A DNA stretch of 52,862 bases from a virus. Lineage: Duplodnaviria > Caudoviricetes. Positions 48,015 through 52,862 of this stretch are shown here, piece after piece; the first letter of the stretch is position 1; each line of letters begins with the position of its first letter. The stretch is taken from the IMG/VR virus record IMGVR_UViG_3300008012_000037, positions 1 through 52,862 of that record; one strand, written 5' to 3'. Under the pieces are notes generated by a model that searched no databases, was not told the DNA's origin, and saw nothing but the letters and a program-made list of their open reading frames with translations. Position numbers and translations under genes: made by a program.

Positions 48015-48876
48015 TAAAATAAAAAATTATAAATTGAACAGGGCAAGTGTTCCCATCAACAGCCACGAGACAAAAGATTTTATAGAAAAAAATCTTTCGG
48101 TGTTTCACACAGGTAGCAAACATATTACACAGATAGAAGTGGAGGAATCATTTAGAAAATTTCTAACAAAGAACACAAACAACAGCATAAATCTAGACAA
48201 CTTTAAATATGCCGAGTATTGTTACGGAACAAGTCAGGCTATAACCGAATTCATAGCAAGAAATAATAAAAGAAGGTTGCGTGTCAGCAAAATAGATTTC
48301 GTTCTTTCAAAGATAGTTGGCAATGCCTATAAAATAAAAATAACATCATTGGAAGAAGACAAAATAAGAAAAAACGACTGCATCGTGATTAGTTTTCCTT
48401 TTAGTGGTAACGGATCTTACTACAACAATTATGAAGAGATCTTGAATGAAGCAACTAAATTACAAGTTCCGGTTCTCATAGACGGTGCCTATTTTGGGAT
48501 CGGTAACGGAATAGAATACCCAATCAATCATGATTGCGTTACTGATTTTACAACAAGCCTGAGCAAGTCACATGGAGTTGCTGACTATAGGATAGGCATA
48601 AGATTCAGGAAAGAATTTGTAGACGATCACATTTCTGCTTCTAAAGATGCGGATGTTTTCAACAGATTTGCGGCCTGTGTGGGAGTCTGTCTGATGTCAA
48701 ACTTTACACACGATCACTTACTTAAAAAATACGTTTCACAACAAAAAAAGATATGTGATGATTTAAAAATAGATATGACAAAAACTTTAACTTTTGGACT
48801 GGGGGATAACAAGGCGTGGTCCGATTATGCACGGGGCGACAATGCGAGAATATGTATCAGCGAAAATTTTGTATGA
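48007..48876 (+). CDS. PLP-dependent (fold type I) enzyme-like protein
   Basis: GTSQA, VLIDGAY, SLSKSHG...RIG. Confidence 0.7.
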   Translation: MTDKIKNYKLNRASVPINSHETKDFIEKNLSVFHTGSKHITQIEVEESFRKFLTKNTNNSINLDNFKYAEYCYGTSQAITEFIARNNKRRLRVSKIDFVLSKIVGNAYKIKITSLEEDKIRKNDCIVISFPFSGNGSYYNNYEEILNEATKLQVPVLIDGAYFGIGNGIEYPINHDCVTDFTTSLSKSHGVADYRIGIRFRKEFVDDHISASKDADVFNRFAACVGVCLMSNFTHDHLLKKYVSQQKKICDDLKIDMTKTLTFGLGDNKAWSDYARGDNARICISENFV

Positions 48877-49447
48877 CGAATTAGAGAAAGTCGACTTCAT
48901 AGAATACGGAAATATAGATCTTCCCTGGAAACACTACGTCACCGAATGTGAAAAGTCGAGATCACTTAATCCAGAATACAATATTAGTCCTTTTGACGGT
49001 GAAGTATGGCAACCCGGAGCAAAGAAAATGTTCAGCATCGTCGATACCTGGAAAGAATGGGGTTACACAGAACACAACACAAGGATATGGAAGACCACCA
49101 ATCAGAAACCAAAAATAAATTTTGATTGGGAAAAAGATATCAGCAAATACCTACCTTTCTCTGACTGCATAGTGACTCCAACCATGCAGGAACCAGGACA
49201 TACCTTGCCATGGCATCAGGACAACTTTGTGCTTCTCAAAGAAAAATATCCATCTGGCAACATTTTAAGATTTTTGATATTCATGGAAGACTCATCGACA
49301 GGCCATGCCTTGCAGATCAAGGATACCTGGAAAACAAGTTGGCGAGCAGGAGATGTTATAGTATGGTATCCCAACGCAGGGCATCTATCTATAAACATAG
49401 GAAACAAAAACAAATGGACCTGTAACGTTACAGGTGTGCTGAAATGA
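48842..49447 (+). CDS. 2OG-Fe(II) oxygenase/cupin-like protein
   Basis: PGHTLPWHQD (HxD), W.AGD, distal HLSIN. Confidence 0.7.
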   Translation: MREYVSAKILYDELEKVDFIEYGNIDLPWKHYVTECEKSRSLNPEYNISPFDGEVWQPGAKKMFSIVDTWKEWGYTEHNTRIWKTTNQKPKINFDWEKDISKYLPFSDCIVTPTMQEPGHTLPWHQDNFVLLKEKYPSGNILRFLIFMEDSSTGHALQIKDTWKTSWRAGDVIVWYPNAGHLSINIGNKNKWTCNVTGVLK

Positions 49448-49668
49448 AATTGGCTAAATTAGAGTCTCTACAGAAACTCAAAGACCAAGGACCTCGTAAA
49501 AAAGACAGAGCATATTGGAAAATTTCCAAAAGAGATATAAACCAATCCAACTATAATATATGGCTCTGTTGGATGCAGATGGTGATTGATTATTTGGTAA
49601 AAAGAGCGGAGCGAAGCGCCAAAATAAAAGACAGCGTAAGCGTAAATTTAGAAAACAGCGAAGCGTAA
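49444..49668 (+). CDS. Small hypothetical protein
   Basis: ATGA-coupled 74-aa ORF whose 3' end runs through the AGCG repeats. Confidence 0.5.
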   Translation: MKLAKLESLQKLKDQGPRKKDRAYWKISKRDINQSNYNIWLCWMQMVIDYLVKRAERSAKIKDSVSVNLENSEA

Positions 49669-49685
49669 AACAGCGTAAGGCGGCT
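49604..49685 (+). repeat. AGCG / ACAGCG(T)AAGCGTAAA direct-repeat cluster
   Basis: AGCG at 49605, 49610, 49615, 49633, 49639, 49657, 49662 and 49672, separated by A-rich spacers. Confidence 0.85.
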
Positions 49686-49708
49686 TCTGACCCCTATAAG
49701 TAAAACGT

Positions 49709-50302
49709 ATGTACACCTCTACAGGAGAAACCTGCATCACGGAATGCTGGCCCGAGCACGGACACGTGATCAAACAGTTCAGGCCTCGTAAACCAAAATT
49801 TGGAAGAGCCATAGATCCCTTGCGTGAAAGCCTGGACCTTTGTTTCTATCGCGAACTGACCTGCCTGCAGAGATTGGCCGGCAACACCCATTTCCCCCAA
49901 CTGTTGGACTACAACGAGGACGAACTGTGGATCAAGATGACCTGGGTGGGCAGACCTTTCCTGCATTTCGCTGACGATAACCGAGATCCCTATCTCGCAC
50001 AGGTTGATCCCATAGTTGACGCCTTGGCCGAGAGCGACATACGCCTGGCCTATAGGTGGACACCCAACGACACACGCCTGGGCTACTGCCTCAGCATGAT
50101 GATGGTTCGATCACATCAGTTGTGCATCATAGATTTTGAACGTGCATGGCCAGTGGGCTGTGGGCGAGAACCCGAGTTCAATGGACTGTTCCGGGACAGT
50201 TTTGAAACACACAGCAACACAGAATTTCGTCGCACACTCGCAGACACGATAATTACTACTATCAAGCAACCGCCGCCAAAGGGAAACTATGAAAAAGAGT
50301 GA
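49709..50302 (+). CDS. Protein-kinase-like/phosphotransferase fold protein, divergent
   Basis: VIKQF, RE..CLQRL....HFPQLL, IIDFE; no canonical HxD..N loop. Confidence 0.6.
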   Translation: MYTSTGETCITECWPEHGHVIKQFRPRKPKFGRAIDPLRESLDLCFYRELTCLQRLAGNTHFPQLLDYNEDELWIKMTWVGRPFLHFADDNRDPYLAQVDPIVDALAESDIRLAYRWTPNDTRLGYCLSMMMVRSHQLCIIDFERAWPVGCGREPEFNGLFRDSFETHSNTEFRRTLADTIITTIKQPPPKGNYEKE

Positions 50303-50852
50303 AGCAGAAAATTTACACGCCTGGGATCAATATCAGCACAGCAAGATAGGTAATAACGTGGAAGAACGGATTCGTCTGTTTGATTTAGAATCGTATACTG
50401 GCAAGGACAAATCTCTGTTGGACACAGGAGCCAACAACGGCAAGTTCACTGCCCAACTGGCACACCTGTTCAGGCACTGCACAGCAGTGGAACCGTATGC
50501 AGAGCCGGTCGCACAACCCGACAACGTTACCTGGATAAAGAAAGGATTCCGGGATTTCTGTGAGTCCAATCGGGACACATTTGATGTGGTGTATTCTTTT
50601 GCCTGCACTATCCAGATCGAAGACATTGATCTGTTGGACACAGATGCCATTGCTGAACACTATCATCGTTTGGTCAGTGAAAACGGTATGCTGATATACG
50701 AAACACAGAAGTTGACCAAACCCAGACACCGAGCACACGCCGAAAGAATGATAGCATCATTCCAAAACAGTTTTGGCAAGGAGATCAGGATCGGTCGAGG
50801 TAGAAGCAGAGACACCAGGACCGTGCATTATTTTCAGAAGAAGACAGCATAA
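50289..50852 (+). CDS. Class I SAM-dependent methyltransferase
   Basis: SLLDTGANNG, AVEP, FDVVYSFA, G.LIYE. Confidence 0.8.
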   Translation: MKKSEAENLHAWDQYQHSKIGNNVEERIRLFDLESYTGKDKSLLDTGANNGKFTAQLAHLFRHCTAVEPYAEPVAQPDNVTWIKKGFRDFCESNRDTFDVVYSFACTIQIEDIDLLDTDAIAEHYHRLVSENGMLIYETQKLTKPRHRAHAERMIASFQNSFGKEIRIGRGRSRDTRTVHYFQKKTA

Positions 50853-50865
50853 TGGGAGAAACACA

Positions 50866-51054
50866 ATGGGCATACATCACGACTACAAGAGCACCAGGGG
50901 TGCTAAAAAAATGGAGAAACAAAAACAACGTGAACAGCGTAGGCTCAGGAAAAAGAAACCAAACACCGACAACCGGAAAGTTGCAAAAACAATCCCCGAA
51001 GACGTGGTGCTGACCTTGGACATGATCACCGATCCCAATTTCAAAAATGATTAA
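50866..51054 (+). CDS. Small basic hypothetical protein
   Basis: GGAG SD before the ATG at 50866; Lys/Arg-rich; overlaps the next start. Confidence 0.65.
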   Translation: MGIHHDYKSTRGAKKMEKQKQREQRRLRKKKPNTDNRKVAKTIPEDVVLTLDMITDPNFKND

Positions 51055-52027
51055 CCCAAGACTGTTTGACCACTACGGCATCAATATCAATAAAAATCTC
51101 AAAATCAAATCACGATGTGCCAGACCGTTTGACACTGTGTTGATCGATAAACAGGGATCCTGTTATGCCTGTGAATGCACTGCCTGGTTGCCACAGAGCA
51201 TCGGAAACCTGCAGATATCTCCACTCAGAGACATCATAGGATCTGCCACACATCGCCACCTACAGGAATCTATCACGGACGGCTCTTATCGTTACTGCAA
51301 CAATCAACAGTGTGCCTACATCAAGGCCGGTCGTTTCTATGAAGCCTCGGAACAGCAGATACGCTATCTGAGATTGGCCATAGACAACTCCTGTAATCTC
51401 AGATGCCCCAGTTGTCGAACACAAAAAATTTTCCACAGCCGTGGTCCAGAATTGAAACGAATGAAACTGTTGGCCGATCGTGTGTTGGAATATCTGTCCG
51501 AGTCCGATCACGGCCTTCACGTACACATAGGCAGTGATGGAGATCCTTTTGCCAGTTTGGTCTATCGATACTTCATGCGAAATGTGCCAAAACAAATGAA
51601 GCACACATACTCGTTGATGACCAATGCACTGCTACTTAAGAAACAGTATGCCCACAACGAAACAGTGTTCGACAATCTCACCGAACTACAGATCAGCATC
51701 GACGGTGCCACCAAACAGACCTATGAGAAGTTGAGGTTGGGAGGTAATTGGGAACAGTTAAAAGAAAATTTAAAATTTGTCAGCGAGATAATGACCTTTG
51801 ACGTTTGCCTGCACATGGTGGTGCAGAATGACAACTGGGCGGAAATACCAATGATGTTGGATCTTGCGGATCAATATAATTTTGATAGGGTCTACTTCAA
51901 CAAGATCGAAGACTGGAACACCGGTATAGATGTGTCCACACATCGTTTTGATCGTTCAGTCACATTCCGAAAGATGATCGAATCTGTTCAAGATCATCCC
52001 AAATTCAAAAGTTCTATCGCAGTCTAG
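51047..52027 (+). CDS. Radical SAM protein with N-terminal SPASM/twitch-like cysteines
   Basis: CNLRCPSC (CxxxCxxC), GDPF, TNALL, SIDGAT..TYEKLR.GG.W; CARPF...CYAC. Confidence 0.88.
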   Translation: MINPRLFDHYGININKNLKIKSRCARPFDTVLIDKQGSCYACECTAWLPQSIGNLQISPLRDIIGSATHRHLQESITDGSYRYCNNQQCAYIKAGRFYEASEQQIRYLRLAIDNSCNLRCPSCRTQKIFHSRGPELKRMKLLADRVLEYLSESDHGLHVHIGSDGDPFASLVYRYFMRNVPKQMKHTYSLMTNALLLKKQYAHNETVFDNLTELQISIDGATKQTYEKLRLGGNWEQLKENLKFVSEIMTFDVCLHMVVQNDNWAEIPMMLDLADQYNFDRVYFNKIEDWNTGIDVSTHRFDRSVTFRKMIESVQDHPKFKSSIAV

Positions 52028-52724
52028 ATCGCCATCGATTGAATAATAGATCAGCAAATTCTGTGTGGTGCTCTTCTCCAAAGTGTTTGCCATCTCTTGC
52101 CACACTGGGTTTGTCTTGTAGTTTTCTATTTTGGTGATCGGTCTTGATCGTTGACCATTTGGGCCAGCAAGATCTTAAACTTTTTTCGTTGAAACAGTTT
52201 TTGTGTTCCACATCATATATTTCGTCAGCGAAACAATGATAGGTTTGGCAACTGTTTTTTTCAGCAAATTTTTCTACTAGAAAAAAATTTTTCAAAAAGT
52301 TATTTGTATCCGTGTGATTGTTTTCTAAAATCAATTCTTGATCAACGTTGGTTAAATTTTTTGGAGCGAGATCCAATCTTTCTCTTCTTGAATTCACAGG
52401 CCAACACACGATAACAATTTTTGGAAACAGAGTTTTCTCTGTGGCAAACAATATCCTGGTTACAAGATCGGCACTGGCTCCTGGTTGTGCTAGATTCCAA
52501 AATCTCAAAAGTTTTGATTGTAATTTGTTTTCTAATTTTGATAACCAAATTTCTGATTGTTCTAGGCCTTCACCAAAAGTATGTGAACAACCCAGCACCA
52601 CCACGTTCTTTTTGCCAGGTGGCAACGGTGAAAATTCCTGTGTGCGATATCCATGCGAATTGGTATCATACATAGGATTTGTAAACTTTGGAATGCTGTC
52701 GTCTGAATAATAACCGTGCTTCAT
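52014..52724 (-). CDS. SGNH-like hypothetical protein
   Basis: NSHGYR..EF, LGCSHTFG.G, NLAQPGAS, ARDGKH.G...H; TAAATA 5 nt upstream. Confidence 0.65.
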   Translation of the reverse strand: MKHGYYSDDSIPKFTNPMYDTNSHGYRTQEFSPLPPGKKNVVVLGCSHTFGEGLEQSEIWLSKLENKLQSKLLRFWNLAQPGASADLVTRILFATEKTLFPKIVIVCWPVNSRRERLDLAPKNLTNVDQELILENNHTDTNNFLKNFFLVEKFAEKNSCQTYHCFADEIYDVEHKNCFNEKSLRSCWPKWSTIKTDHQNRKLQDKPSVARDGKHFGEEHHTEFADLLFNRWRSRLR

Positions 52725-52740
52725 AAAACTATTTAAACCT

Positions 52741-52817
52741 TGGCGTGCCCGGCAGGATTCGAACCTGCGACCCCAAGTTTAGGAAACTCGTATTCTATCC
52801 AACTGAACTACGGGCAC
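52741..52817 (-). tRNA. tRNA-Arg(CCT)
   Basis: Reverse complement GTGCCCGTAGTTCAGTTGGATAGAATACGAGTTTCCTAAACTTGGGGTCGCAGGTTCGAATCCTGCCGGGCACGCCA: cloverleaf, anticodon CCT, encoded CCA. Confidence 0.95.
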
Positions 52818-52826
52818 ATATTTTGT

Positions 52827-52862
52827 TGGCGGTCCCTAGGGGAATCGAACCCCTCTTTCGAG
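52827..52862 (-). tRNA. 3' part of a second tRNA (truncated by the window; possibly Glu)
   Basis: Reverse complement ends AGGGGTTCGATTCCCCTAGGGACCGCCA: T-arm, acceptor strand and CCA; anticodon lies outside the window. Confidence 0.8.

Noticed and set aside
49604-49685. CRISPR array
   Set aside because: Repeat units are under 20 nt, irregular, lack 30-40 nt unique spacers, and no cas genes are present
1-52862. Alternative genetic code (stop-codon reassignment)
   Set aside because: Conserved genes are full length under the standard code, and TAA, TAG and TGA all end genes at expected positions

Overview
A 52.9-kb segment of a large, AT-rich T4-superfamily myovirus genome. It carries neck, tail sheath, tail tube, head-completion and terminase genes. 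The replication/recombination core comprises gp32-like SSB, UvsX, UvsY, UvsW, primase, helicase and dNMP kinase. There are islands of glycosyl-, methyl- and sulfotransferases, host-like genes (Usg, porin, FdxA-type ferredoxin) that suggest a low-GC alphaproteobacterial host (inference), and tRNA genes at the right end. Most notable observations: (1) two stripped-down family C (DnaE-like) polymerases, a 202-aa mini-DnaE and a 563-aa PHP-less DnaE; (2) a shared AGGCA-repeat leader upstream of the larger dnaE, ssb and a small ORF, combined at dnaE with a G·U-containing hairpin that has a late-promoter-like motif in its loop; (3) pervasive promoter-to-ATG spacings of 5-8 nt implying leaderless mRNAs, which also reveal a nested in-frame isoform and an unannotated small ORF; (4) an AGCG repeat cluster at a compositional boundary. 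All protein calls come from motif recognition by eye; no searches were run.
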